A model generated the notes under the pieces. That model saw only the letters and a program-made list of their open reading frames with translations. It was not told the DNA's origin and did no database searches. Position numbers and translations under genes: made by a program. This document shows, one piece after another, positions 43,542 through 53,424 of a stretch of DNA of 64,000 nucleotides. Position 1 is the first letter of the stretch. Each line of letters opens with the position of its first letter. Source of the DNA: a virus; the UHGV virus genome UHGV-1351569. One strand, written 5' to 3'.

Positions 43542-44168
43542 ATGTATGAATACAAATTTGATGTGAGAGTTGGTTCTAAAATAATCAACTGTCGCGCATT
43601 TACTCTTAAAGAATATCTAGAACTTATTACTGCTAAAAAGAACGGTTCAGTAGAAGAGATCGTTAAAAAGCTAATCAAAGAATGCACAAATGCAAAAGAT
43701 TTAAACCGCCAAGAATCAGAACTACTGTTGATTCATTTATGGGCGCATTCTCTTGGAGAAGTTAATCACGAAAACTCCTGGAAGTGCACCTGTGGAACTG
43801 AAATACCAACCCATATAAATCTATTACATACACAAATAGATGCACCAGAAGACCTCTGGTATACACTGGGTGACATTAAAATTAAGTTCCATTACCCTAA
43901 AATTTTTGATGATAAAAATATAGCCCACATGATAGTATCATGTATAGAAACGATTCATGCTAACGGTGAAAGCATTCCAATTGAAGACTTAAATGAAAAA
44001 GAGTTGGAAGATTTATATTCTATCATCACAGAGTCAGATATTGTAGCTATAAAAGATATGCTTTTAAAGCCTACTGTTTATTTGGCTGTTCCAATTAAGT
44101 GTCCAGAGTGTGGAAAATCTCACGCTCATGTAATAAGAGGACTCAAAGAATTCTTTGAGCTATTGTAA
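43542..44168 (+). CDS. 26: baseplate hub subunit gp26
   Basis: 208 aa (T4 gp26 length). Confidence 0.9.
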   Translation: MYEYKFDVRVGSKIINCRAFTLKEYLELITAKKNGSVEEIVKKLIKECTNAKDLNRQESELLLIHLWAHSLGEVNHENSWKCTCGTEIPTHINLLHTQIDAPEDLWYTLGDIKIKFHYPKIFDDKNIAHMIVSCIETIHANGESIPIEDLNEKELEDLYSIITESDIVAIKDMLLKPTVYLAVPIKCPECGKSHAHVIRGLKEFFELL

Positions 44169-44566
44169 TGGCAAATATTAATAAGCTTTATTCTGACATT
44201 GACCCAGAAATGAAAATGGATTGGGACAAAGACGTTTCCAGATCCCTTGGATTAAGGTCAATTAAAAATAGCCTTTTAGGAATTATTACAACCAGGAAAG
44301 GGTCAAGGCCATTTGACCCGGAATTTGGATGCGATTTATCTGATCAGCTTTTTGAGAATATGACTCCTCTTACTGCTGATACTGTTGAGCGTAACATTGA
44401 AAGCGCAGTAAGAAACTACGAGCCGCGTATTGATAAATTAGCAGTTAATGTAATACCAGTTTATGATGATTACACTCTGATAGTAGAAATACGCTTTTCG
44501 GTCATCGATAACCCTGATGATATTGAACAGATAAAACTGCAACTGGCTTCTAGTAACAGAGTATAA
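44168..44566 (+). CDS. 25: baseplate wedge subunit gp25
   Basis: 132 aa [28 protein letters not shown]... Confidence 0.93.
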   Translation: MANINKLYSDIDPEMKMDWDKDVSRSLGLRSIKNSLLGIITTRKGSRPFDPEFGCDLSDQLFENMTPLTADTVERNIESAVRNYEPRIDKLAVNVIPVYDDYTLIVEIRFSVIDNPDDIEQIKLQLASSNRV

Positions 44567-44592
44567 TGCTTCACGTATAAACGTGGTATAAT
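44567..44592 (+). promoter_or_regulatory. MotA-dependent middle promoter
   Basis: MotA box TGCTTCA (44567-73), TATAAT (44587-92); spacer contains the small palindrome CACGTataaACGTG. Confidence 0.6.
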
Positions 44593-44632
44593 GAATCTAA
44601 GTCCATCCAATAACAATTGAATAGAGAATAAT

Positions 44633-45232
44633 ATGAAATTAGTACATTATTGTTACTTAACTAAAATTATTCATAATGATAAAATTAGACTATACTTTGG
44701 CAAACACTCAAGTAGATGTGGATTAGATAATAATTATATAGGTTCTGGCAAGTTTATTAAAAGCGCAAGAAAAAATCCAGAAGTAAAATTTGAGAAAACA
44801 GTACTTTGTGTCTTTGACACAAAAGAGCTCAATGCCGAGTTTGAAAATTTATTAGTATCTGAAGCTAAAGAAAAATTTGAAAACTGTGTTAATATAGCTG
44901 AAGGTGGAATTGGTGGTAAAACTTGGGGAAATAATCCACATCCGATGCAAGGAAGACGCATGCCAGCTTCGGAAGATAGAAAAGCTAAAATATCTGCTAC
45001 GATGAAAGATAAATTTTCAAATCAAATTCATTGGGCTAAAGACGTCGATAGACCAAGCAGACGTAGTTCTCGCATTCCATGGGAACACTATGATGCTCTT
45101 TATAATCTTTGGGTAAATAATAATTTTCCTAAACGCGGGAGTTTTAATAAACTTGCAAAAACGCATGGATATCCTGCTGTAGATTATGCTGGTATGGTTA
45201 TTAATTTTATGAGGAAACGTGATGAGACTTGA
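44633..45232 (+). CDS. Seg-like protein, degenerate GIY-YIG homing-endonuclease fold (putative)
   Basis: 199 aa; N-terminal HYCYLTKIIHNDKIRLYFGKH...NNYIGSGKF resembles GIY...YIG spacing; basic C-terminal region. Confidence 0.55.
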   Translation: MKLVHYCYLTKIIHNDKIRLYFGKHSSRCGLDNNYIGSGKFIKSARKNPEVKFEKTVLCVFDTKELNAEFENLLVSEAKEKFENCVNIAEGGIGGKTWGNNPHPMQGRRMPASEDRKAKISATMKDKFSNQIHWAKDVDRPSRRSSRIPWEHYDALYNLWVNNNFPKRGSFNKLAKTHGYPAVDYAGMVINFMRKRDET

Positions 45233-45635
45233 AGAGTTACAGGAAGAATTGAAGAAAGATGTGTTTATAGATTCGACTAAATTACAGTATGAAGCAGCTA
45301 ATAATGTGATGTTATATAGTAAATGGCTTAATAAGCATTCAAGTATTAAAAAGGAAATGCTTAGAATTGACGCACAGAAAAAAGTTGCTCTTAAAGCTAA
45401 ATTAGACTACTACTCGGGACGAGGAGATGGTGATGAATTTAGTATGGATCGTTATGAGAAATCAGAAATGAAGACAGTTCTATCGGCTGATAAGGATGTT
45501 TTAAAAGTTGATACTTCATTACAATATTGGGGAATTTTATTGGATTTCTGTAGCGGAGCTCTTGATGCTATTAAATCACGCGGATTTGCTATTAAGCATA
45601 TTCAAGACATGCGAGCATTTGAGGCTGGAAAATAA
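45222..45635 (+). CDS. uvsY: recombination mediator UvsY
   Basis: ATG 45222 gives 137 aa MRLEELQEELKKDVFIDSTKLQYEAANNVMLYSKWL... Confidence 0.95.
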   Translation: MRLEELQEELKKDVFIDSTKLQYEAANNVMLYSKWLNKHSSIKKEMLRIDAQKKVALKAKLDYYSGRGDGDEFSMDRYEKSEMKTVLSADKDVLKVDTSLQYWGILLDFCSGALDAIKSRGFAIKHIQDMRAFEAGK

Positions 45636-45859
45636 TGAAATATAGCATTGATGATGCTTTTAATTATGAAGAAGAATTTGAAACGGAAATTCAATTCTTA
45701 ATGAAAAAGTATAATCTCAAGCGTCAGGATATTCGTATCCTGGCCGACCACCCATGCGGTGAAGATGTACTTTATGTTAAAGGAAAATTTGCCGGATATC
45801 TTGATGAATATTTTTATTCCAAAGATATGGGCATTGATATGCATATGAGAGTTATATAA
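45635..45859 (+). CDS. hypothetical protein
   Basis: 74 aa ORF; start overlaps uvsY stop. Confidence 0.6.
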   Translation: MKYSIDDAFNYEEEFETEIQFLMKKYNLKRQDIRILADHPCGEDVLYVKGKFAGYLDEYFYSKDMGIDMHMRVI

Positions 45860-45887
45860 ATAGATATATAATTCAGAGGAGACAATC

Positions 45888-46037
45888 ATGTCAGATAAGA
45901 TTTGTGTTGTCTGTAAAACTCCAATCGATTCTGCATTGGTTGTTGAAACAGACAAAGGTCCTGTACATCCTGGGCCTTGTTATAATTACATTAAAGAACT
46001 ACCAGTTTCAGAAAGTTCGGAAGAACAATTAAATGAA
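45888..46037 (+). CDS. possible small Cys-containing protein (49 aa)
   Basis: ATG 45888 with SD AGAGGA 7 nt upstream; MSDKICVVCKTPIDSALVVETDKGPVHPGPCYNY...; hand-translated. Confidence 0.35.
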
Positions 46038-46079
46038 ACACAACTTTTGCTATAGTGTGACCTTTAGTCTATAGTTTTG

Positions 46080-46113
46080 GCCCTTCCTTTTTGGTTGGGC
46101 CTTTTTTAATTTA
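46080..46113 (+). terminator. hairpin terminator
   Basis: GGCCC-(13 nt loop)-GGGCC followed by TTTTTTAATTT. Confidence 0.6.
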
Positions 46114-46341
46114 AAAGCTTTCTTCTACTTCATCGTCTGAATCTTCTAATTCAGCTCTTTTTCCTGCCAAAGCATCTCTCACAGAGATGTCATCAGTATC
46201 TTTTAATTCAGTTTCTTTAACTCTTTTCTTATAATAAGCTTCAAGTTCTTCTAGACCTTCTAATGTTTGGCAAGAGGCAATTTTACCCATAAATTCATCA
46301 ATAGAAGCTTCATAAAGAAATTGTTTAAATTCTAGTAACAT
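46111..46341 (-). CDS. uvsW.1: UvsW.1-like small acidic protein
   Basis: ATG at 46341 gives 76 aa MLLEFKQFLYEASIDEFMGKIAS...; SD GGAG upstream; track ORF starts at an upstream TTG. Confidence 0.65.
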   Translation of the reverse strand: MLLEFKQFLYEASIDEFMGKIASCQTLEGLEELEAYYKKRVKETELKDTDDISVRDALAGKRAELEDSDDEVEESF

Positions 46342-46366
46342 CTTTTTCTCCAAAGGGCCGAAGCCC

Positions 46367-47059
46367 TTATAAATTAACTGTTTTTCTAAGTATTCTTAGT
46401 TTGTACATTGATAATCCAGTAGCTTTAGAAGCATCTTTCATACATTTATACTTAACACCATTTACTTCTATAGGTTTAGCAGCTGGGTTATTAGCTCCTG
46501 AATTATCTGGCATGTTATCTTTAATTTTCTGAATAGATTTAGCGGAATGTTTCCTTCCATACATGCCGTTATTTTTACCCGATTGATTGATTGAATGTAA
46601 TCTTTTAGCTTCTTCAGTCCATTTCGTTGGGTTCATTCTTTTAGTTTTACTAATTTTATTTCCCCATGTAATTGGACGACTTTTCATGAGTTTTGACATA
46701 TATTGTTTATGTTCTTCCGTGTGGTGTTTTCCGTAAAATGGATTACCTTCGCCGGATTGAAGTTCTGCCATTTTACGACGTTCCCATGCGTAAGATTTAT
46801 TGACGTGTCTTTCATGAGTATTTGAATTCATCCCCATACATATAACAGCTTTAATTATACCGTAATGGTTTGGATGAATTTTAGCTAAAAGTTTATGGGC
46901 TATAAAATGTTCTTCAGCCGTTAGTTCTACTAAATTACACTTATCATTTGTACCACCCATACATCTAGGAATTATATGATGTGTTTCAGTGTATCCATTA
47001 AGGCGAGCCCGATTCTGGGCTCTATTAATTAAATTATCATATATTAATTTATAATTCAA
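46367..47059 (-). CDS. HNH homing endonuclease (Mob-like) between uvsW and uvsW.1
   Basis: 230 aa MNYKLIYDNLINRAQNRARLNGYTETHHIIPRCMGGTNDKCNLVELTAEEHFIAH; NUMOD-like motifs; apparent TTG start overlapping uvsW TGA. Confidence 0.75.
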   Translation of the reverse strand: MNYKLIYDNLINRAQNRARLNGYTETHHIIPRCMGGTNDKCNLVELTAEEHFIAHKLLAKIHPNHYGIIKAVICMGMNSNTHERHVNKSYAWERRKMAELQSGEGNPFYGKHHTEEHKQYMSKLMKSRPITWGNKISKTKRMNPTKWTEEAKRLHSINQSGKNNGMYGRKHSAKSIQKIKDNMPDNSGANNPAAKPIEVNGVKYKCMKDASKATGLSMYKLRILRKTVNL

Positions 47060-48567
47060 AGTTTAACCTCTTTCATCACATAATTAAACTTTTCATCAGC
47101 ATAACGCTGAATACGATCAAGTCCATGTTTTAAAAGATAGTTTAAATGCGAGTATTTTTTAGAAGATGTTTTTGATTTAGAAACTACGCCCGCGTCATCT
47201 ATGAGGTCCCAGACCGTTGCGATTGTTTTAGAACCATGCTTACGTAATACGCGACCTATTGTTTGCAATACAATAATTTTAGATTTAACACCGTGTGCTA
47301 AAACGACGTGATGCAGATTTTTAACTGAAATACCAGTAGAAAATACACCATAACTAGCTACTATAATTATTCCTTTACCGTTTTCAGCTAGGGTTTTCAT
47401 TACGTTGCGTGTTTCGGTATCAACTTCCCCTGATACGTAATAAACTTTATCGTATTCATTTTTAATTAAATCGAAAATAGCTTTACCGTGCGATACGTGT
47501 TTAAACATGACAAAAGCGTTTTCATCTTTTTGTGCAAGCTTAATAGCTAATTTAGCGATCCATTTATTTCTTTTACTGAGTCCAGTAATAATTTTTATTT
47601 CTTCTTGGTAAGTTTTTCCCTTTAATTTAGTAGTGAACTCATCAGGATAACGAAGAAAAATACTATTAATTTTTAACTCAGTTACTTGTCCATCTTCCAT
47701 TAATTTAGAAGTCGTTACTGGCTTAAATATTTCACCAAACATTCCAACATACTGCATGATATTAGCTTTGCCATCACGTAATGAACCCGATAGACCAAAT
47801 TTGAACATGCAGTTATTTAAACCTGATATGATAGATGAAATACTTTTTCCTGTAGCAAGATGGCATTCATCATTCATCATCATTCCAAACTGTGAGAACC
47901 ATTCTTTTGGTTGTTTAACTACAGTTTGCCATGTACCAACAACGACCGGTGCATCATTTTTATATTTATCATCTTTTGATGCTCCGCCACCAATTTTCTT
48001 TATCATTGCATGACTGAATAAACGATAGTCAACAAAGTCATCAGCCATCTGAGTTGTCAAAGCAGTTGTTGGAACAATGATAAGAATTTTACCTTCATAA
48101 TTTTCCAAATAATATCGCGCAAGCAAAGCCTGAATTAAAGATTTACCGGCGGATGTTGGAAGATTAAGAATTCTACGACGATTAACTAATCCTTCGAACA
48201 CTGCATCTTTTTGATACCAGTGCGGTTCAATTCTTTTATTTCCTGAATAGATTTCTAATTTAGAAAGCCATTCATCAAAATCTTTTCTTGATAATTCTTC
48301 TTTTTCGTTAATTTGTGGGTCAATCCAGGCTTTATAGCCAAAGTTATCACAGAACTTTTTAATTTGCCCGACTAAGCCGAATGGAAGAAGACGATTATAA
48401 TCTAAAAGACGGATTCGTCCATCCCAGTTGCCATATCTGTACTTCGGATTAAAACGATACCCATCAGCTTCAAAGCTAAAGAAATCACGGAGTTCATGAA
48501 ATGTACTTTCTTCACAATCAATTCTCACGTGACTAAAATCATAAAAATGTACTTTAATGTCAGTCAT
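47056..48567 (-). CDS. uvsW: UvsW helicase
   Basis: 503 aa (T4 UvsW length); Walker A region LPTSAGKS, DECH box. Confidence 0.95.
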   Translation of the reverse strand: MTDIKVHFYDFSHVRIDCEESTFHELRDFFSFEADGYRFNPKYRYGNWDGRIRLLDYNRLLPFGLVGQIKKFCDNFGYKAWIDPQINEKEELSRKDFDEWLSKLEIYSGNKRIEPHWYQKDAVFEGLVNRRRILNLPTSAGKSLIQALLARYYLENYEGKILIIVPTTALTTQMADDFVDYRLFSHAMIKKIGGGASKDDKYKNDAPVVVGTWQTVVKQPKEWFSQFGMMMNDECHLATGKSISSIISGLNNCMFKFGLSGSLRDGKANIMQYVGMFGEIFKPVTTSKLMEDGQVTELKINSIFLRYPDEFTTKLKGKTYQEEIKIITGLSKRNKWIAKLAIKLAQKDENAFVMFKHVSHGKAIFDLIKNEYDKVYYVSGEVDTETRNVMKTLAENGKGIIIVASYGVFSTGISVKNLHHVVLAHGVKSKIIVLQTIGRVLRKHGSKTIATVWDLIDDAGVVSKSKTSSKKYSHLNYLLKHGLDRIQRYADEKFNYVMKEVKL

Positions 48568-48596
48568 GTCTAAATACCATGTAATAAATATATCTA

Positions 48597-48604
48597 TATT
48601 TATA
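48597..48604 (-). promoter_or_regulatory. late promoter TATAAATA for uvsW
   Basis: Plus-strand TATTTATA about 30 nt upstream of the uvsW ATG. Confidence 0.6.
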
Positions 48605-48617
48605 CTGAGGAAATATT

Positions 48618-49298
48618 ATGATAGATAAAGATTATATTGCAGAGCTGAAGGCTCTTGATGATAATAAAGAAGCTAAAGCTAAATTAGCTGAATATGCTGA
48701 ACAGTTTGGTATAAAGGTCAAAAAGAATAAATCTTTTGATAATATCGTTAATGATATTGAAGAAGCCCTCCAGAAGCTCGCTAGTGAACCTATGCCAGAG
48801 ACTGATGGGTTATCTATTAAAGACTTAATTGATGCTGCTGATGCCGCAGACGGATTAAAATATGACGATGAAGAAGTCAATCCAGAGGCAGCACTTCTGA
48901 TTGATTCTCCGGTTAAATCTGACATTAAAATTGAAGTAGTAGAAATGGATAAAATTCCTGAAAATACTGATGTTTTGATTGAAGACACTCCTTTTGTTGA
49001 AGAAAAATTCGAGCAGGCTGTAGCTGAGATTATTGAATCTGAAAAGCCGTCTATATTTACTCTTCCGGAAAACTTTAGCCCGAATCTTCAGCTGATTGGA
49101 AAAAATCCAGGATTCTGTACTGTTCCTTGGTGGATTTACCAGTGGATTGCTGAAACTCCGGATTGGAAATCTCACCCAACTAGTTTTGAACATGCGTCAG
49201 CACACCAAACTTTATTTAGCTTAATTTATTACATTAATCGTGATGGATCAGTTCTAATTCGTGAAACACGCAATTCTTCTTTCGTAACATTAAAATAA
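48618..49298 (+). CDS. inh: Inh-like protein (inhibitor of prohead protease), acidic
   Basis: 226 aa ORF at the T4 inh position upstream of hoc; assignment by size and position only. Confidence 0.6.
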   Translation: MIDKDYIAELKALDDNKEAKAKLAEYAEQFGIKVKKNKSFDNIVNDIEEALQKLASEPMPETDGLSIKDLIDAADAADGLKYDDEEVNPEAALLIDSPVKSDIKIEVVEMDKIPENTDVLIEDTPFVEEKFEQAVAEIIESEKPSIFTLPENFSPNLQLIGKNPGFCTVPWWIYQWIAETPDWKSHPTSFEHASAHQTLFSLIYYINRDGSVLIRETRNSSFVTLK

Positions 49299-49307
49299 GG
49301 ATAACTT

Positions 49308-50438
49308 ATGGCTTTTACAGTTGATATAACTCCTAAAACACCTACTGGAGTTATAGATCAGACTCAGCAGTTTACTGCTACACCCAGTGGTCAAACTGGA
49401 GATGGACCTATTACATATGCTTGGACTGTAGATGATGTTCCACAAGATGGAGCTGAAGCAACTTTTAATTATGTATTAAAAGGACCTGCCGGTCAAAAGA
49501 CTATTAAAGTAGTTGCAACAAACCCAGTTCCAGATACTGATGCTGAAACAGCAGAAGCTACTACAACTATCACAGTTCAAAATAAGACACAGACAACTAC
49601 CTTAGCTGTAACTCCTGATAGTCCTGCTGCTGGAGTGATTGGAACTCCTGTTGAATTTACTGCTGCTTTAGCTTCTCAACCATCAGGCGCATCTGCTACG
49701 TATCAATGGTATGTTGATGACTCTCAGGCTAGTGGGGAAACTAACTCTACATTTAGCTATACTCCAACTACAAGTGGAGTAAAAAGAATTAAATGCATAG
49801 CTCAAGTAACAGCGACAGATTACGATACAAAAGAAGTTACTTCTAATGAAGTATCATTAACAGTTAATAAGAAGACAATGAATCCACAGGTTACATTGAC
49901 TCCTCCTTCTATTAACGTTCAACAAGATGCTTCGGCCACATTTACTGCTAATGTCACTGATGCTCCAGAAGAAGCGCAAATTGAGTATTCATGGAAGAAA
50001 GACTCTTCTCCTGTAGAAGGATCGACTAATGTGTATACAGTTGATACCTCATCTATTGGAAGTCAAACTATTGAAGTTACTGCAACTGTTACCGCTACTG
50101 ATTATGATAGCAAAACTATCACAGCAGAAGGTCAAGTTCAGGTAACTGATAAAGTTGCTCCGGAACCAGAAGGTGAATTACCTTATGTTCATCCTCTTCC
50201 ACATCGTACTTCAGCTTATATCTGGTGCGGTTGGTGGGTTATGGATGAAATCCAAAAAATGACTGAAGAAGGTAAAGATTGGAAAACTGACGATCCAGAT
50301 AGTAAGTACTACTTGCATCGTTACACTCTTCAGAAGATGATGAAAGACTATCCAGAAGTTGATGTTCAAGAATCGCGCAATGGATACATCATTCATAAAA
50401 CTGCTTTAGAAACTGGTATCATCTATACCTATCCATAA
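49308..50438 (+). CDS. hoc: highly immunogenic outer capsid protein Hoc
   Basis: 376 aa MAFTVDITPKTPTGVIDQTQQFTATPSG...; repeated Ig-like modules, conserved capsid-binding C-terminus. Confidence 0.93.
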   Translation: MAFTVDITPKTPTGVIDQTQQFTATPSGQTGDGPITYAWTVDDVPQDGAEATFNYVLKGPAGQKTIKVVATNPVPDTDAETAEATTTITVQNKTQTTTLAVTPDSPAAGVIGTPVEFTAALASQPSGASATYQWYVDDSQASGETNSTFSYTPTTSGVKRIKCIAQVTATDYDTKEVTSNEVSLTVNKKTMNPQVTLTPPSINVQQDASATFTANVTDAPEEAQIEYSWKKDSSPVEGSTNVYTVDTSSIGSQTIEVTATVTATDYDSKTITAEGQVQVTDKVAPEPEGELPYVHPLPHRTSAYIWCGWWVMDEIQKMTEEGKDWKTDDPDSKYYLHRYTLQKMMKDYPEVDVQESRNGYIIHKTALETGIIYTYP

Positions 50439-50450
50439 TCATAATCATAA

Positions 50451-50477
50451 GGGGCTTCGGCCCCTTTCTTCATTTTG
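50451..50477 (+). terminator. rho-independent terminator after hoc
   Basis: GGGGC-ttcg-GCCCC followed by TTTCTTCATTTTG. Confidence 0.75.
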
Positions 50478-50533
50478 AAAGCACACAAAACACACTCAGA
50501 AAATGATGTATATAATGGCACCAACTCGATAAC

Positions 50534-50749
50534 ATGAGATTGATTATGAGAACTGAGGTTGTGGTGTTTACTCTTCATGAGTCTGGAAAGTCATTCATTG
50601 AAATTGCTCGTGAATTGAACTTACAGGCGAAAGAAGTGGCTGTATTATGGGCTCGAGCTATGACTGCTAAAAATAAATTTGAAACTCGAGAAAAAGTTGT
50701 CTATAGAAAAAGACATATCAATAAAAAGGTGAAAAATGGAACAGTATGA
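50534..50749 (+). CDS. hypothetical protein
   Basis: 71 aa ORF; basic C-terminus. Confidence 0.55.
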   Translation: MRLIMRTEVVVFTLHESGKSFIEIARELNLQAKEVAVLWARAMTAKNKFETREKVVYRKRHINKKVKNGTV

Positions 50750-51014
50750 TCTTTATGAAAATGAATCTTTTGCTAATCAATTACGTGAAAAAGCACTTAA
50801 AAGTAAACAGTTTAAGCTAGAGTGTTTTATTAAAGATTTTTCGGAACTTGCTAATAAAGCAGCTGAACAAGGTAAAACATATTTTAGTTATTATTGTACT
50901 GCTCGCGATAAATTGATTACTGAAGAAATTGGTGATTGGCTGAGAAAAGAAGGATTCAGCTTTAAAGTTAATAGTGATCAGCGTGATGGTGATTGGTTAG
51001 AAATTACATTTTGA
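50736..51014 (+). CDS. hypothetical protein
   Basis: 92 aa ORF. Confidence 0.6.
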   Translation: MEQYDLYENESFANQLREKALKSKQFKLECFIKDFSELANKAAEQGKTYFSYYCTARDKLITEEIGDWLRKEGFSFKVNSDQRDGDWLEITF

Positions 51015-51023
51015 GGATTAATT

Positions 51024-52028
51024 ATGTTTAAAAAGTATAGCAGTCTTGAAAATCATTACAACTCTAAATTTATTGAAAAACTTTATAGCCTGGGATTGAC
51101 TGGTGGGGAGTGGGTAGCTCGTGAAAAGATTCACGGCACAAATTTCTCATTGATTATTGAGCGTGATAAAGTAACTTGCGCTAAACGTACTGGTCCTATT
51201 CTTCCTGCTGAAGATTTCTTTGGGTATGAAATTATTTTAAAGAATTACGCTGATTCCATTAAAGCAGTACAAGATATTATGGAAACTTCAGCAGTTGTAT
51301 CTTATCAAGTCTTTGGCGAATTCGCTGGACCTGGCATTCAGAAGAATGCTGATTATGGCGATAAAGATTTTTATGTATTTGACATTATTGTCACTACAGA
51401 AAGTGGTGATGTGACTTATGTCGATGATTATATGATGGAATCATTCTGTAATACATTCAAATTTAAAATGGCTCCACTTTTGGGTCGTGGTAAATTTGAA
51501 GAACTTATTAAATTGCCAAATGATTTAGATTCTGTCGTCCATGATTATAATTTTACAGTAGACCATGCTGGATTAGTTGATGCAAATAAATGCGTTTGGA
51601 ATGCCGAAGCAAAAGGCGAAGTATTTACTGCTGAAGGATATGTATTGAAACCTTGTTATCCTTCTTGGATGCCTAATGGCAATCGTGTAGCGATTAAATG
51701 CAAGAACTCTAAATTTAGCGAAAAGAAAAAGTCTGATAAGCCTATTAAAGCTAAAGTTGAACTGTCAGAAGCTGATAACAAATTGGTGGGAATTTTAGCT
51801 TGTTACGTTACACTGAATCGTGTGAATAATGTTATTTCTAAAATTGGTGAAATTGGTCCGAAGGATTTTGGAAAGGTGATGGGGCTAACGGTTCAAGATA
51901 TTTTGGAAGAAACTTCTCGTGAAGGTATTACTCTAACTCAAGCAGATAATCCTTCTTTGGTTAAAAAGGAATTAGTTAAAATGGTACAAGATGTACTTCG
52001 TCCGGCTTGGATTGAATTGGTAAGTTAA
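51024..52028 (+). CDS. rnlB: RNA ligase 2
   Basis: 334 aa; ligase motif I KIHGTN (lysine nucleophile) at residues 35-40. Confidence 0.93.
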   Translation: MFKKYSSLENHYNSKFIEKLYSLGLTGGEWVAREKIHGTNFSLIIERDKVTCAKRTGPILPAEDFFGYEIILKNYADSIKAVQDIMETSAVVSYQVFGEFAGPGIQKNADYGDKDFYVFDIIVTTESGDVTYVDDYMMESFCNTFKFKMAPLLGRGKFEELIKLPNDLDSVVHDYNFTVDHAGLVDANKCVWNAEAKGEVFTAEGYVLKPCYPSWMPNGNRVAIKCKNSKFSEKKKSDKPIKAKVELSEADNKLVGILACYVTLNRVNNVISKIGEIGPKDFGKVMGLTVQDILEETSREGITLTQADNPSLVKKELVKMVQDVLRPAWIELVS

Positions 52029-52035
52029 ATAAAAA

Positions 52036-52062
52036 GGGACCTTTCGGTCCCTTTGTTTTATT
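52036..52062. terminator. bidirectional terminator between rnlB and gene 24
   Basis: GGGACC-tttc-GGTCCC with T-rich flanks on both strands. Confidence 0.75.
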
Positions 52063-53341
52063 CATCAACGATAATTTTTGGTAGCTTAACACCTAATAAA
52101 ACAGACAAATCTGAACGACCCGCCATTTTATCCATGTCTCCACCATCAATTATTCTTGCTTCTTTTTCATCTTTTGCTACAGTATAAGGATTTGCAGATA
52201 AAGCATATCTAACTAATAAACCGATAGATGGCTGCAAACTTTCTGGATCAACTACAACTTTAAATGCACCTACATGTTCAGGGTCATCTAAGTCAAGACC
52301 TTCTGTATACGGAGCATAGAAAATTGATCCAACAATTTCTTTTTCACCAATATTTTCTACTACACCCACGATTACATAATCTAATGGGCTATTAGTATCG
52401 CAATAAAGCGGTAAACCATTAGCTAAGAACCCGTAGGCATTTTGTGAAAGATATTTGTCATCTTCTGGTTTATGTTTTAACCAACCTGATGCAGCAAGAA
52501 TCGCAGCGGCACGAGCTGAAGCAACACAGAACGTTGCAGTATAAGTTGATTCTTTTTGGATATGCGAAACCATTTCACACACCATTCGGTATAATGAACG
52601 ACCAGCTTCAGGCGCAGATGCATAACTCAAATCAATGAATCCAGTATCAGTAATTCCTGTAACTTTATAGCGTTTTGACACTGTAATCAAAGACTGCAGA
52701 ATATCTTTATTGATTTCATCCGCCATTTCAGTTGCAAGCAAATCTTCCAAGAAATTAGGAGCATCGAATCCATTTGCTTCTAAATCTTGTGCTAATTCAA
52801 CCGTAATGCCAGTTTTAAGTTTACGAGATTTAACTGCGGTTTGCCATTTATTAATCTGGAATCTAGCATCCGCAATTTCACTATCAGAGCTTTCAAATTT
52901 GCTTGTTACTGCAGCATCAGAAAATAAACGAACCTTTAAAAGAACAATTGCAATCTGAAGAGCTAATTCTAAATCGCTTTCTTCAATATCAGCAAATGGT
53001 GTATCTTCTAATACTTTATAAACGATATTATTATATTTGAATAAATCGCCTTTATTGAGAGTTAATTTAGACTCTTCTGTTAATTCTGTGATTTGTTCTC
53101 GGTCTACGTATCCAGCTTCGCCAGCGTAAGTAGCACCAGTTTTAAATGTAAATTCGTTATCTGGATTAAGGTATTTGATACCATAAAAAGCAGCAACAGG
53201 TTGATTAGTTCTTTGCGTTGCTACAATGTCAGAATATATTAATTTAGTGGTAGCGCGAGTCAAAGCAACGAGATTTGGGCGACCGATTGAGTTGCTATTC
53301 GTTGTGGTTGATTCGCGCAGAAGTTCGTTGATTTTAGCCAT
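52058..53341 (-). CDS. 24: head vertex protein gp24
   Basis: 427 aa; paralogous to the major capsid protein. Confidence 0.95.
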   Translation of the reverse strand: MAKINELLRESTTTNSNSIGRPNLVALTRATTKLIYSDIVATQRTNQPVAAFYGIKYLNPDNEFTFKTGATYAGEAGYVDREQITELTEESKLTLNKGDLFKYNNIVYKVLEDTPFADIEESDLELALQIAIVLLKVRLFSDAAVTSKFESSDSEIADARFQINKWQTAVKSRKLKTGITVELAQDLEANGFDAPNFLEDLLATEMADEINKDILQSLITVSKRYKVTGITDTGFIDLSYASAPEAGRSLYRMVCEMVSHIQKESTYTATFCVASARAAAILAASGWLKHKPEDDKYLSQNAYGFLANGLPLYCDTNSPLDYVIVGVVENIGEKEIVGSIFYAPYTEGLDLDDPEHVGAFKVVVDPESLQPSIGLLVRYALSANPYTVAKDEKEARIIDGGDMDKMAGRSDLSVLLGVKLPKIIVDE

Positions 53342-53368
53342 TGCGCTTTCCTTTTGGTTTATATGATT

Positions 53369-53376
53369 TATTTATA
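53369..53376 (-). promoter_or_regulatory. late promoter TATAAATA for gene 24
   Basis: Plus-strand TATTTATA about 28 nt upstream of the gene 24 ATG. Confidence 0.65.
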
Positions 53377-53379
53377 CCA

Positions 53380-53409
53380 TAAAAACAACTAAAGGGACCC
53401 GAAGGTCCC
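53380..53409 (-). terminator. hairpin terminator after gene 23
   Basis: GGGACC-cgaa-GGTCCC; on the minus transcript followed by a U-rich tract. Confidence 0.7.
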
Positions 53410-53424
53410 TTAAATCGTCAAAGA

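Noticed and set aside
48632-49193. Two minus-strand ORFs (118 and 112 aa) opposite inh
   Set aside because: Overlap the inh coding region antisense; no promoter or Shine-Dalgarno support.
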